A stretch of 63,297 nucleotides of DNA, the filler included, from an uncultured bacterium (GTDB lineage: Bacteria > DYJV01): NCBI GenBank assembly GCA_964543655.1. It is 6 parts of 6 records of this genome, joined end to end, with 100 filler letters (N's around TTAATTAATTAA, not from the genome) between each part and the next. Parts side by side here need not be neighbours in the genome. Positions count along the whole stretch, not along the records: positions 1 to 23,092 come from CAZIZE010000020.1; 5 more parts are not named here. One strand, given 5' to 3'. Each line of letters begins with the position of its first letter. Positions within the stretch are counted from its first letter, which is position 1. The notes beneath the pieces are model-generated. The model was not told the DNA's origin and searched no databases. It saw only the letters and a program-made list of their open reading frames with translations. The translations under genes were made by a program, and so were the position numbers. Positions 10,010 to 20,050 of the stretch are shown piece by piece.

Positions 10010-11395
10010 CTACCATGTTAAATGAAGATTGGCTGTAATGGCATTAATACCACTAATGCCAAATTCATGATAATAATCATCTGTTTCATATTCATACTTT
10101 AATGAAACCCATTTATCTTCTGCAAATTTATATTTAACACTTCCATAATAGTAATGTGAAGCTTCACCTTCTATTAAGCTATTAACATCCTCTGTTTTAT
10201 AATAAAATCCTGCATTTAAACTGACCTTTTCACAAATTTCTTGCTCAAGATCAGCAAACCATGATTCAGAAGAACTATCGTAAAGATGTTTTTTATCTTC
10301 TTTCCAGTAGCTGTAACCTATGGAAAATTTGGTTCCCTTTAATTTCCACCAGTTATCAAGGTTTAAACCAACACTCCATCTGTAAAAATCTGTATTGTAT
10401 AGATTTTCATAAATATTTTCATAATCATCATTAATATCTCTTCTTGTATATTTCACATAAAAAGTCATTCCTTCCTGCTTTGGTATTGGCTGACTAATAG
10501 AAATAGAATAGTCAATATAGCCATATAACCTTGCAAGGTAAAACCTTTTAATATCTTTCCCTATATTGTCTTCAATAGTTGTAGTATAATCGTAGAGGAA
10601 ATCATCTTTAACAGGAATGGTAAATCTTTTATAAATATCAATGGTAAGAGTGGTTTTAGTATAAGGGCATGTGGCAATTAAATCTACATTCCAGAATCTA
10701 CTACTTGAATTAATAAATGCAAATCTACCTCTCAATTTAATGTTTTCCATAGGTGTATAATATGTGCCAAGTTCATAAGAATTTTTCTGATAAAAAACAG
10801 AATCAAGATAAAAAATCAAATTTTTAACAGCTTTTACTTCAATATTAAAGCCGCCAACTCCATCCTGCTTTAAATTGGAATATGTTTGAACAATTCTACC
10901 ACCAAAAATTTCAAAATTTAACCAATCTGCAATTGCGCCATCACCAGTAACAGATGCACCATCATAATGTACAATCTCTGAGCTATAAGCATATTGACGG
11001 CCTAATTTAAAATCAACATCAGGTAGCAGGTTCTCTTTTGTAAAATAGGCATAATATACATCCAACTTTTGTCTATTCTTGCCTGTATCCACATAATCTT
11101 GAAAAATAGAGCCAGATGGTGTACCATCTAAATCTTTTGCATATTTACCAAGAAATGAAAATGAGATATCAGAATCATTATGCACTGCATCAATACCTAA
11201 AATTTCAGAAATATCCTGATCACTGTCATCATTGCTAACTAAAAAACCATTGGGCTTATCTGACCATTGGTAAATATACTTGGTGTTACTAAAGAGATTA
11301 ATTGACCCCCAATCAAAATCATGGGAATATAGAAAAGAGGTTGTTAAAAGAAATACAAAAATCATAAAGAGCTTAAAAGAACATTTCCATTTCAT
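10010..11395 (-). CDS. Outer-membrane beta-barrel (putative porin of a porin-cytochrome complex)
   Basis: Signal peptide, Tyr/Asp/Gly-rich alternating strands (DFKLGRQY, LNAGFYY, SVKYKF), C-terminal ANLHLTW typical of Bam substrates; first gene of the cytochrome operon. Confidence 0.75.
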   Translation of the reverse strand: MKWKCSFKLFMIFVFLLTTSFLYSHDFDWGSINLFSNTKYIYQWSDKPNGFLVSNDDSDQDISEILGIDAVHNDSDISFSFLGKYAKDLDGTPSGSIFQDYVDTGKNRQKLDVYYAYFTKENLLPDVDFKLGRQYAYSSEIVHYDGASVTGDGAIADWLNFEIFGGRIVQTYSNLKQDGVGGFNIEVKAVKNLIFYLDSVFYQKNSYELGTYYTPMENIKLRGRFAFINSSSRFWNVDLIATCPYTKTTLTIDIYKRFTIPVKDDFLYDYTTTIEDNIGKDIKRFYLARLYGYIDYSISISQPIPKQEGMTFYVKYTRRDINDDYENIYENLYNTDFYRWSVGLNLDNWWKLKGTKFSIGYSYWKEDKKHLYDSSSESWFADLEQEICEKVSLNAGFYYKTEDVNSLIEGEASHYYYGSVKYKFAEDKWVSLKYEYETDDYYHEFGISGINAITANLHLTW

Positions 11396-11433
11396 CGGTT
11401 TTATCCTTTTAATTTTTTTTATTTACAAATTTA

Positions 11434-11462
11434 AAATTACTCCTCTAATTCTTATTTGTCAA
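11434..11462 (-). promoter_or_regulatory. Putative sigma70 promoter for the porin-cytochrome operon
   Basis: TTGACA-N17-TAATTT on the minus strand, about 40 bp upstream of the porin ATG. Confidence 0.45.
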
Positions 11463-11509
11463 GGAAAAATTGAGAAAATTTTCTTAATAACCTTAAGATA
11501 CTTTAATAT

Positions 11510-11538
11510 TTGACTTTTAAAAAATATGTTGTTATATT
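11510..11538 (+). promoter_or_regulatory. Putative sigma70 promoter for the divergent small gene
   Basis: TTGACT-N17-TATATT with an extended -10 TG. Confidence 0.45.
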
Positions 11539-11663
11539 ATTTGTATAAAGGTATCTAAAAAATAATGGATTTTTCATCATAATCAGAAAGATTTTTGGGG
11601 ACTTCTGAAAGAGTTTAAAATTTTTATCAACTTTTCACAAAAATAGATGTAGAGGAGGATAAA

Positions 11664-11933
11664 ATGGTTAATTCAGTAAATAATAGTTATCAGGCAGGAA
11701 TAATAAATCAGACAATTAATAACATGAACAACACATATTCACCAAACAAAGGCGTGCAAGATGCTATGAAAATGACTTATGACACAACAAAAGAGGTGGT
11801 TGGTGGTGTAGTAAATGCAACTCAAAATGCTACAAATATGATAAATCAGGCTAACAATCAAATAAATAACCAGCAACAGCAAACTACTCAGCAGAATAAT
11901 CCTGTTGGCAATATTGTAAATCTTGTTATTTAG
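11664..11933 (+). CDS. Small Asn/Gln-rich hypothetical protein
   Basis: GAGGAGG RBS, 89-aa ORF, own terminator; C-terminal VGNIVNLVI. Confidence 0.75.
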   Translation: MVNSVNNSYQAGIINQTINNMNNTYSPNKGVQDAMKMTYDTTKEVVGGVVNATQNATNMINQANNQINNQQQQTTQQNNPVGNIVNLVI

Positions 11934-11960
11934 AGAGCCCTCTTCTTCTGGGCTCTTTTT
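11934..11960. terminator. Terminator between convergent genes
   Basis: AGAGCCC-N9-GGGCTCT followed by a T-run. Confidence 0.7.
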
Positions 11961-12535
11961 TATTCATCAGCAACTATTTCATCTTCTCTTTCAAAAGATT
12001 TTGCAACTTTTTTTCCAAGTTTAAAACCAAGTTGCAAAGCTTTTTCATTTTCTTTAATAAATTTTTCTGGTACTCTATTTATCACAGCAGCTGTCATACT
12101 TTTTCTACTCACAATCTTTGTAATTTCAGTAAGAACCCCAAGAGCAACTATATTTGCAAAAATTTCTTTTTTAAGGTTCTTAACTGTTTCTCTTGTAATA
12201 TCCACACAATATGCATTGGTTGTAGGGACATTTTTTACAAAAGTTGTATCCACAATAAATATTCCATTTAACTTCAAGTCATTAAAATATTTATCACATG
12301 ATGCCTGATTCATTGAAAGCAAAATGTCAGGATTGTTGGTTTTGGGATAATATATTTCACCTTCTGATATTATAACTTCAGCTTTACTTGCTCCGCCTCT
12401 TGCTTCTGGTCCATAACTCTGGCTTTGAACAACATTTTTACCATCAAGAATAGCAGCTTCAGCCAAAATTATTCCAGCAGTAATCAATCCCTGGCCACCT
12501 GAACCTGCAAGCCTTACTTCTATTCTATTTTCCAT
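11960..12535 (-). CDS. korC: 2-oxoacid:ferredoxin oxidoreductase gamma subunit
   Basis: AGSGGQG and QSYGPEARGGAS motifs; operon context. Confidence 0.9.
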   Translation of the reverse strand: MENRIEVRLAGSGGQGLITAGIILAEAAILDGKNVVQSQSYGPEARGGASKAEVIISEGEIYYPKTNNPDILLSMNQASCDKYFNDLKLNGIFIVDTTFVKNVPTTNAYCVDITRETVKNLKKEIFANIVALGVLTEITKIVSRKSMTAAVINRVPEKFIKENEKALQLGFKLGKKVAKSFEREDEIVADE

Positions 12536-12547
12536 TAAAAAAGCCTC

Positions 12548-13378
12548 CTATTTTACTTTTAACTTTTTTCTGATAATTTCTTCATACTGTTCACAATATT
12601 CAGGCTTATCTTTTTTTACTAAAATCCCTGTTGTAATTTTCCCTTCTAACTCTTCTGGCTTTTTATCCTTAGCCTGATCAATAGGAATAGCTATCTCTTT
12701 TTCCCATTTAACCATTTGCACAGGGTCTGCCATCTTATTCCTTCTTCCAAAAGTAGTTGGGCAATGAGTAACTACTTCAACAGTTGAAAAACCTTTATGC
12801 TCAAGAGCTGCTTGTATAACATTAACAAGCTGCTTAACATGATAGGTGGTTGACCTTGCAACAAAAGTTGCACCTGCTGCTTCTGCAAGCTTTGAAATAT
12901 CAAAAGGAACTTCTATATTGCCATGTTTTGCTGTGGTTGCTTTTGCATGATGTGGTGTTGTAGGGCTATACTGCCCCCCTGTCATGCCATAAATATTATT
13001 ATTGTATATAATTGCTGTAATATCAATATTTCTTCTGCAAGCATGAATAAAATGGTTACCACCAATAGCTGTTGCATCACCATCACCCATTACAACAATA
13101 ACATGAAGCTTTGGTTTTGCAAGCTTGAGCCCTGTTGCAAATGCAAGGGCTCTACCATGAGTAGTATGCAATGTGTTAAAATCAACATAAACAGGAGTTC
13201 TACCAGAGCAACCAATCCCTGAAACAAGAGCAATTTCATCCTTGGGAATTGCAAGATTATCAATAGCTATAAGCATTGCATGTAAAATTGTACCATTGCC
13301 ACAACCTGGGCACCATAAATGTGGAAACTTTTTATCATGCCTTAAATATTTTTCAAGTAATTGCTTATTTGATAACAT
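12548..13378 (-). CDS. korB: 2-oxoacid:ferredoxin oxidoreductase beta subunit
   Basis: WCPGCG, SGIGCSG, GDGD...NN TPP motif, YGMTGGQ. Confidence 0.92.
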   Translation of the reverse strand: MLSNKQLLEKYLRHDKKFPHLWCPGCGNGTILHAMLIAIDNLAIPKDEIALVSGIGCSGRTPVYVDFNTLHTTHGRALAFATGLKLAKPKLHVIVVMGDGDATAIGGNHFIHACRRNIDITAIIYNNNIYGMTGGQYSPTTPHHAKATTAKHGNIEVPFDISKLAEAAGATFVARSTTYHVKQLVNVIQAALEHKGFSTVEVVTHCPTTFGRRNKMADPVQMVKWEKEIAIPIDQAKDKKPEELEGKITTGILVKKDKPEYCEQYEEIIRKKLKVK

Positions 13379-14524
13379 TTAAACTACTCCTTTCATTGCT
13401 TTAACAATCTCTTGAGGAGTTATCATTTCACCATTAATCTTTGAAAACTTTTTAACTTCAGCACGGCCTCCAGTAACTCTCACCACTTCTCTATAAATCT
13501 GTCCTATATTCATTTCAGGTACTAAAAAACCTTTAATATTTGGTAGAACTTTTTCCACTGCAAATCGTGGAAATGGCCACAAAGTTTTAAGCTCCAAAAT
13601 TCCAACTTTAACCCCTTTTTCTCTTAGAGCTGGTAAAGCTGAAAGAGCTGAAAGAGTAACACTTCCATATGTAATAATTGCATATTCAGCATCATCCATC
13701 TGATGATACTTTATCATACAAATTTCTCTGTAACCACGCTCTATTTTTCTAAAAAGTCTGGATAAAAAGTCCTCAACCTCTTTAGGCTTGGAGGTTGGAA
13801 AACCTTTTTCATCATGAACCAATCCTGTAACATGATACCTGTACCCCTCACCAAAACTTGCCATTGCTGGAACACCAGTGATATTATTTTCATAAGGCAC
13901 ATACCATTCAGGAGGCATATTAGGCTTTATTCTGTCAATTCTGGTAATTTTGCTTTCATCTGGCAATGCAACCCTTGCCCTCATATGTGCAATAACTTCA
14001 TCCATTAACAATATTACCGGGTTTCTATATTTTTCAGAAAGATTAATTGCTTTAATTGTTAAATCAAAAGCATCTTTAACTGATGAAGGGGAAAGAACAA
14101 TAATAGGATGATCACCATGAGTCCCCCAACGCGCCTGCATAACATCACCTTGAGCTGGACTTGTTGGAAGGCCTGTAGATGGGCCACCTCTCATTACATT
14201 AACAAGCACAAGAGGTACCTCAGCAATTGCAGCAAAACCAAGATTTTCCTGCTTTAATGAAAAACCAGGACCAGATGTTGCTGTTAAAGATTTGACTCCA
14301 CCAAGTGAGGCACCTATAACTGCAGCAATGCTACCTATTTCATCTTCCATCTGAATAAATTTTCCACCAACTTCTGGCAATTTATCTGATAAAATCTCTG
14401 CAATCTCTGTAGCTGGAGTAATAGGGTATCCAGCAAAAAATCGCACTCCCCCCATTATGGCTGCTTCAGCAACAGCCTCATTTCCCTGTAACAATCTATA
14501 TTCTTTTCTTTTTTTACGAGGCAT
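13379..14524 (-). CDS. korA: 2-oxoacid:ferredoxin oxidoreductase alpha subunit
   Basis: GYPITP, QMEDE, TSGPGFSL and RGGPSTG motifs. Confidence 0.92.
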   Translation of the reverse strand: MPRKKRKEYRLLQGNEAVAEAAIMGGVRFFAGYPITPATEIAEILSDKLPEVGGKFIQMEDEIGSIAAVIGASLGGVKSLTATSGPGFSLKQENLGFAAIAEVPLVLVNVMRGGPSTGLPTSPAQGDVMQARWGTHGDHPIIVLSPSSVKDAFDLTIKAINLSEKYRNPVILLMDEVIAHMRARVALPDESKITRIDRIKPNMPPEWYVPYENNITGVPAMASFGEGYRYHVTGLVHDEKGFPTSKPKEVEDFLSRLFRKIERGYREICMIKYHQMDDAEYAIITYGSVTLSALSALPALREKGVKVGILELKTLWPFPRFAVEKVLPNIKGFLVPEMNIGQIYREVVRVTGGRAEVKKFSKINGEMITPQEIVKAMKGVV

Positions 14525-14527
14525 CTT

Positions 14528-14797
14528 CTACTCCTCTCTATCTATATTTACTGTAATTGCAAAATCAGGGCATCTTAGTTCACACATCATACACTGAATA
14601 CACTGGTCAGGATTTTTTGGATAAACATAACCATCCTCATCAAAATCAAGCACCTTCTTTGGGCAAAAATTTACACAAATACCACATCTTTTACACCATG
14701 CATGAAAAACAGTAACAGGTAATTTTACTTCTTCTTTAGTAACACCTGCTGTCCTTGCATTAATCTTTTTCTTCTTAATTGTAATATCCTTCTCCAT
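14528..14797 (-). CDS. korD: 2-oxoacid:ferredoxin oxidoreductase delta subunit (2x[4Fe-4S] ferredoxin)
   Basis: CKRCGICVNFCP and CIQCMMCELRCP; start moved to ATG 14797, which follows AAGGAG. Confidence 0.85.
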   Translation of the reverse strand: MEKDITIKKKKINARTAGVTKEEVKLPVTVFHAWCKRCGICVNFCPKKVLDFDEDGYVYPKNPDQCIQCMMCELRCPDFAITVNIDREE

Positions 14798-14870
14798 GAA
14801 AAACTCCTTAAAATTGTATACAATCTGTATTTCTCGGCGGTAACACAATAATATTATTTTTGCAATACTT

Positions 14871-16613
14871 TTAGATTAAATTTTTAAAAAAATTTTCAAA
14901 TTCCTCTATTACTTCCGAATCCTCATAAAGGCATTTATTGTTTTTAAAAATTTTTTTCCTGAGCTCCAAATTAATAGATTTATCATTTGCTACTTTTACT
15001 GCTTTTTCTACATAATCATCAATAGATTTAGAAACCAAATCATCTATCCCCATCTTTTCATACATTCCAAGAGTAAATCTACTTCTCATTAATCTATCTG
15101 GCATTGTAACTATAGGAGCACCAACAGCAAATGCCTGCAAAGATGTTGTACCACCATTGAAATAAATTGTATCAAGAATTATATTGCTAATGCTTAAAAA
15201 ATTTAAATAAAGGGGAAAGCTTAATTTTGGAAGAAAAATTACTCTATTAAAGTTTTTTATGCTATTTTTAAATCTTTCAACCAGAAAATCTTTCCACCAG
15301 AAAAATTCTCTATTGAAAAACAGTACAACTTTTCCATTTTTATCCATTTCTAAAATTTTATCAATAATAGCATCAAAATCAGGATGAATTTTAAAAAGAC
15401 TCTGATTAATGCAATAAATATTATCTTTATCTGAAAAACCAAAATCTATCTTCTCTTTTTTTAAACCATCGGATATTTCAGGCTTTTTATAATACCAGGT
15501 CAATGAATGGAATTTCACTAATTTTTCAGAGTAATGCTTCTCTGCTTCATTTATTTCCCAGAAATCTGATGAAATATAGTAATCAATAGTATCAACTCCT
15601 GTGGTATCTGGATGACCTGTATATGTAACCTGAATCGGAGCAAGCCTTGAAAAAGATAAAAAATATGTAACTGCATCCATGCCTATATCTGTAAAAAAAA
15701 GTATATCAAGAGATTCTGATAAAATGGCATCTTGAATAATTTCAATATTAGCTGGCAATGAGTAAAATCTATTGCAGTTATTTTTTAAAATTTTAATAGA
15801 ATTATCATTAAAGCTACCTATTGAAAAAATCACTGTATTAAAAATCTTTTTATTTAACTGAGAAATCCATAAATTTGATACATCAGAAACAGAATGTTTT
15901 CTAAAAAATGAGGAAACAAAACCTATTTTTATTTTTTTATTATTGGGCTTTTTGTTAAAACTTTTAAAAAAACTACTATTTATATTTTTTCTGTAAAAAT
16001 TTGCAATCATTACATTAATATCTTTATTGCACATTCCATGATAACCAAGGTAAAAATTTGTTATTCCAATATCATCAATTGGATTATCTATTTTTTCCTC
16101 TGAACTTATATGCCTATTAATATAATCCTCTATTCTCCTTCTAACTTTTAAAATTTCATTAGATGAACTATAAATTGGAGGTAAAAGAAAAGCTATTTTA
16201 GTTTGCAAAGAAAATCTTTTCTCTATTTTAAGTTTTATTGCATTGTAGTAACATTTTCGAGCTTCTTTAATTTTCCCTATTTTTTCAAATAAAATTCCAA
16301 GATTAAAAAGATTTTCATATGATGAGAGATCTTTTTTAAAAAACTCTATTGCTTTATCAAATCTATTTATTTCTCTGTAAATACAACCAAGATTGTTATA
16401 TATCTCAACCTGCTTTGGATTAATTTTTAAAGATTTCAGGTAAAACTTAACTGCTTTATCATATTCCTTTTTTATGTGATAAATCAATGCTAATCTTGAG
16501 ATAATTAAATAATTTTCAGGCTCTTTCTCAAGTAATTTCTCAAAAATTTCAACTGCTTTATCATACTTTTTTTCAAAAAAAAGTTTTTCTCCACTTTCAA
16601 AGCTAATTTCCAT
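14871..16613 (-). CDS. TPR-containing O-GlcNAc transferase-like (GT41/SPINDLY) protein
   Basis: N-terminal TPRs, KIKIGFVS..F..HSV, RLAPIQV..GHPDTTG, FKIHP, LDT..FNGGTT. Confidence 0.85.
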   Translation of the reverse strand: MEISFESGEKLFFEKKYDKAVEIFEKLLEKEPENYLIISRLALIYHIKKEYDKAVKFYLKSLKINPKQVEIYNNLGCIYREINRFDKAIEFFKKDLSSYENLFNLGILFEKIGKIKEARKCYYNAIKLKIEKRFSLQTKIAFLLPPIYSSSNEILKVRRRIEDYINRHISSEEKIDNPIDDIGITNFYLGYHGMCNKDINVMIANFYRKNINSSFFKSFNKKPNNKKIKIGFVSSFFRKHSVSDVSNLWISQLNKKIFNTVIFSIGSFNDNSIKILKNNCNRFYSLPANIEIIQDAILSESLDILFFTDIGMDAVTYFLSFSRLAPIQVTYTGHPDTTGVDTIDYYISSDFWEINEAEKHYSEKLVKFHSLTWYYKKPEISDGLKKEKIDFGFSDKDNIYCINQSLFKIHPDFDAIIDKILEMDKNGKVVLFFNREFFWWKDFLVERFKNSIKNFNRVIFLPKLSFPLYLNFLSISNIILDTIYFNGGTTSLQAFAVGAPIVTMPDRLMRSRFTLGMYEKMGIDDLVSKSIDDYVEKAVKVANDKSINLELRKKIFKNNKCLYEDSEVIEEFENFFKNLI

Positions 16614-16694
16614 TACATTTGAATAATTTAAAGAAATTGTAAAGTCAAGCTAATCTTCCTTGAATTATTAAAAATTAAATGGTAAATAAAAACC

Positions 16695-19250
16695 ATGAAA
16701 AAACTTTTTATTATTGATGGCAATTCTTATATTTACAGAGCATATCACGCTATTAGAGGTTTAAAAAATAAAGAGGGCTTTCCCACAAATGCTATTTATG
16801 GATTTACCACAATGTTATTAAAAATAATGGAGGAAAACCCTGATTATATAATTGTGGTATTTGATAAAGGGAAAAAAACCTTTAGAAATGAAATTTACCC
16901 TGATTACAAAGCCACAAGACCGCCTATGCCAGATGACCTTATAGTTCAGATACCTCATATTAAAGAAGTTGTTAAAGCTTTTAACATTCCATTAATTGAG
17001 CATGAAGGGCTTGAAGCTGATGATCTTATTGCAACAATAGTTAAGCATTTCAAAAACAAAGCTAAAATATTTATAATTACAAGTGATAAAGACCTTACTC
17101 AGCTTATTGACTCAAATATTATTATTTGGGACACTCTTAAAGATAAAAAGCTCAATAAGGAAAATATTATAGAAAAATTTGGAGTTAATAAAGAATTTAT
17201 TATAGATTACCTTGCATTAATTGGAGATAAATCAGACAACATTCCTGGAGTAAAAGGCATTGGCCCAAAAGCAGCAGTTAAATTAATAAATGAATTTGGC
17301 TCATTGGAAAATATATATAACAATATAGATAAAATTGAAAATAAAAGAATTGCAAATCTACTTATTTCAAACAAAAACAATGCATTTTTAAGCAAAAATC
17401 TTATTAAGCTTAGAGATAACTTTCACGTTCCTTTAAATTTCGAAAATATAAAATTAAAAAAACCTAATTTTGAGCAATTAAAAAATATTTTTTCAAAATT
17501 TGATTTTGTTACTCTACAAAAAAAATTTAACCTACACGATGAAAAGAAAATTTTTAAATACAATATTATCAAAGATTTTCCAGATGCTAACACTATCTCT
17601 GGGATATTTTACAAATTTAAAAATGGTCTTTTTGAAGAATTTTTATCAGCTTTTTCAATAAATGGAAAAGAGGTATATTTAGACAATAATCCTGATATTT
17701 TGAAAAAATTATTTAGAAAAAGATTTTTATGTTTTGATACAAAGTATAATTTAGCAATTTTTAAAAAGTTAAACTATCAGTTTCCTGATAATTTTGAAGA
17801 TATTCAGCTTATGTCCTATCTCTGTGACCCTGAAGAGAAGCAGACAATTGAGCATATAATAGCAAAATATTCTAATTTTAACATAAAACCAATAGAGGAA
17901 TATAAAGAGAAAAAAAATGTAAAAATTGATTTTTCAAAATTAAAACAAGAAGATAAAATCAAATTCCTCTCAGAAAGAGCTTGTGGAATTTTTCTCTCAT
18001 ATCAACAATTAGAAGAAAAACTGAGCCCAAAATTAAAAAATTTATATAACAATCTTGAGAAGCCTTTATCTCTAATTCTTTACAAAATGGAGCAAAATGG
18101 CATATTTATTGATAAAAACAAGTTAGTTGAAATAGGAAAAGAGCTTTCAAATGAGCTTGAAACATTAACCAAAGAAATTTATAAAATATCTGGAGAGGAA
18201 TTTAATATTAACTCACCATTACAGCTTAGAAAAATATTATTTGATAAATTCAATCTTGAGGTTGTAAAAAAGACTAAAACTGGCCCCTCCACAGACACAG
18301 AAGTGCTGGAAATTTTATCAACTAAGCATCCCCTGCCAAAATTAATTTTAGAATACAGAGAAAAGGCCAAGTTGCAATCAACCTACATTGAAGGTTTGCT
18401 GAAATTAATTGAGCATAGAAGTAGCAGAATTCATCCTACTTTTCAACAGACAATTACAGCTACAGGCAGGCTTTCCTGTACCAATCCCAATATTCAAAAT
18501 ATCCCTGTAAGAACAGAAACAGGGAATAAAATAAGAATGGCATTTGCAGCACCTTTAAATAAAAAAATCGTATCCCTCGACTATTCACAAATAGAGTTAA
18601 GGTTAATGGCACACTTTTCTGAGGATTACGAGCTTATTGAGGCTTTTGAAAAGGATATTGATATACACTCATTAACTGCATCTAAAATATATAATGTTGA
18701 TATTGGTGAAGTTAATGAATTAATGAGAAGAGAAGGAAAAACAGTTAACTTTGCAATAATTTATGGTATAAGCCCTTATGGACTTGCAAAATCTCTTAAA
18801 ATTACAAGGGATAAAGCTAAAACTTTTATTGAAAACTATTTTAAGGAATATAAAGGTGTAAAAAAATATATTGAAGAGATCACAAATAAAGCAAAAGATA
18901 ATGGATATGTAGAAACTATCTTGGGTAGAATAAGGTATATTAGAGGGATAAAAAGTAGAAATCATACAGAAAGAGAATTTGCAAAAAGAATAGCAGTAAA
19001 CACTCCTATTCAGGGAAGCTCTGCTGACCTTATAAAACTTGCAATGTTAAAAATTGATAATATTTCCAATAAGTACAATGCTAAAATGATAATGCAGGTA
19101 CATGATGAGCTCATTTTTGAAGTTGAAGCTAAATTTGCTGAAGATTTTGCTATAAATGCTAAAAAAATAATGGAGCAGGTTTATCCAGAATTAAAAGTAA
19201 AATTAAAAGTTGACTTTGGTATAGGAAATAACTGGTTTGAAGCTCACTAA
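16695..19250 (+). CDS. polA: DNA polymerase I
   Basis: IDGNSYIYRAYHA 5'-3' exonuclease, TGRLS, DYSQIELR, QVHDEL. Confidence 0.97.
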   Translation: MKKLFIIDGNSYIYRAYHAIRGLKNKEGFPTNAIYGFTTMLLKIMEENPDYIIVVFDKGKKTFRNEIYPDYKATRPPMPDDLIVQIPHIKEVVKAFNIPLIEHEGLEADDLIATIVKHFKNKAKIFIITSDKDLTQLIDSNIIIWDTLKDKKLNKENIIEKFGVNKEFIIDYLALIGDKSDNIPGVKGIGPKAAVKLINEFGSLENIYNNIDKIENKRIANLLISNKNNAFLSKNLIKLRDNFHVPLNFENIKLKKPNFEQLKNIFSKFDFVTLQKKFNLHDEKKIFKYNIIKDFPDANTISGIFYKFKNGLFEEFLSAFSINGKEVYLDNNPDILKKLFRKRFLCFDTKYNLAIFKKLNYQFPDNFEDIQLMSYLCDPEEKQTIEHIIAKYSNFNIKPIEEYKEKKNVKIDFSKLKQEDKIKFLSERACGIFLSYQQLEEKLSPKLKNLYNNLEKPLSLILYKMEQNGIFIDKNKLVEIGKELSNELETLTKEIYKISGEEFNINSPLQLRKILFDKFNLEVVKKTKTGPSTDTEVLEILSTKHPLPKLILEYREKAKLQSTYIEGLLKLIEHRSSRIHPTFQQTITATGRLSCTNPNIQNIPVRTETGNKIRMAFAAPLNKKIVSLDYSQIELRLMAHFSEDYELIEAFEKDIDIHSLTASKIYNVDIGEVNELMRREGKTVNFAIIYGISPYGLAKSLKITRDKAKTFIENYFKEYKGVKKYIEEITNKAKDNGYVETILGRIRYIRGIKSRNHTEREFAKRIAVNTPIQGSSADLIKLAMLKIDNISNKYNAKMIMQVHDELIFEVEAKFAEDFAINAKKIMEQVYPELKVKLKVDFGIGNNWFEAH

Positions 19251-19252
19251 AA

Positions 19253-20050
19253 ATGTTGAAACCTCCATATACAAAATATAATTTTTTACATATCTATAAC
19301 ATTGATAGAGAAGATATAATCTTTGACGATCCTGATCTAATAGGAGTTTGGGAAGAGGAAGATACTCTTCTGCTTTTTTTCCACAAAAACAAAGATTTTC
19401 TTATAAAAAAGCATAATTTCAAACTTCATTTCTATACTGCAATTCCCTATCATGACTGGGAATCAGGTAAATTTATAAAACCTTTTAAAATTGGAAATAT
19501 TTTTATAATTCCAGTATGGGAAAGAGAAAATTTTGAAAATGAGAATAAGATAATAATTGACCCTTCAGTAGTTTTTGGGACAGGTTTCCATCCAACTACA
19601 AGAATGATTCTTGAATCCTTTAATAATCTTAGTAAAAAAAATAAAATTGATTCTGTAATTGATCTTGGTTGTGGTAGCGGCATTCTCGGTATTTTTGCTG
19701 GCAAAAAGGGGGTTAAAAATATTGTTGCAATAGATAACAACAACTTATCTTTTGAAGTTACAAGGAAAAATTTCTCATTAAACAATGTCCCTGCAAAAAT
19801 TTTTCATAACGATATTTTTAATTTTTTACCATATAATTATGATGTTGTTTTTGCTAACCTATACTATCATCTTCTATTTGATTTATTTAAAAATAAAGGT
19901 TTCTGGCAGAGTAGATACTACTTTTTATCTGGCTTTGTAAAAACAATGGAAAAAGAAATTTACAATAAATTAAACAGGGATATTAGAATCTTAGATAGAA
20001 AAGAAAAAGATAACTGGGTAATGCTATTAATTGAAAATAAAACTATATAA
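19253..20050 (+). CDS. prmA: Ribosomal protein L11 methyltransferase-like protein
   Basis: IDPSVVFGTGFHPTT and DLGCGSGIL. Confidence 0.7.
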   Translation: MLKPPYTKYNFLHIYNIDREDIIFDDPDLIGVWEEEDTLLLFFHKNKDFLIKKHNFKLHFYTAIPYHDWESGKFIKPFKIGNIFIIPVWERENFENENKIIIDPSVVFGTGFHPTTRMILESFNNLSKKNKIDSVIDLGCGSGILGIFAGKKGVKNIVAIDNNNLSFEVTRKNFSLNNVPAKIFHNDIFNFLPYNYDVVFANLYYHLLFDLFKNKGFWQSRYYFLSGFVKTMEKEIYNKLNRDIRILDRKEKDNWVMLLIENKTI

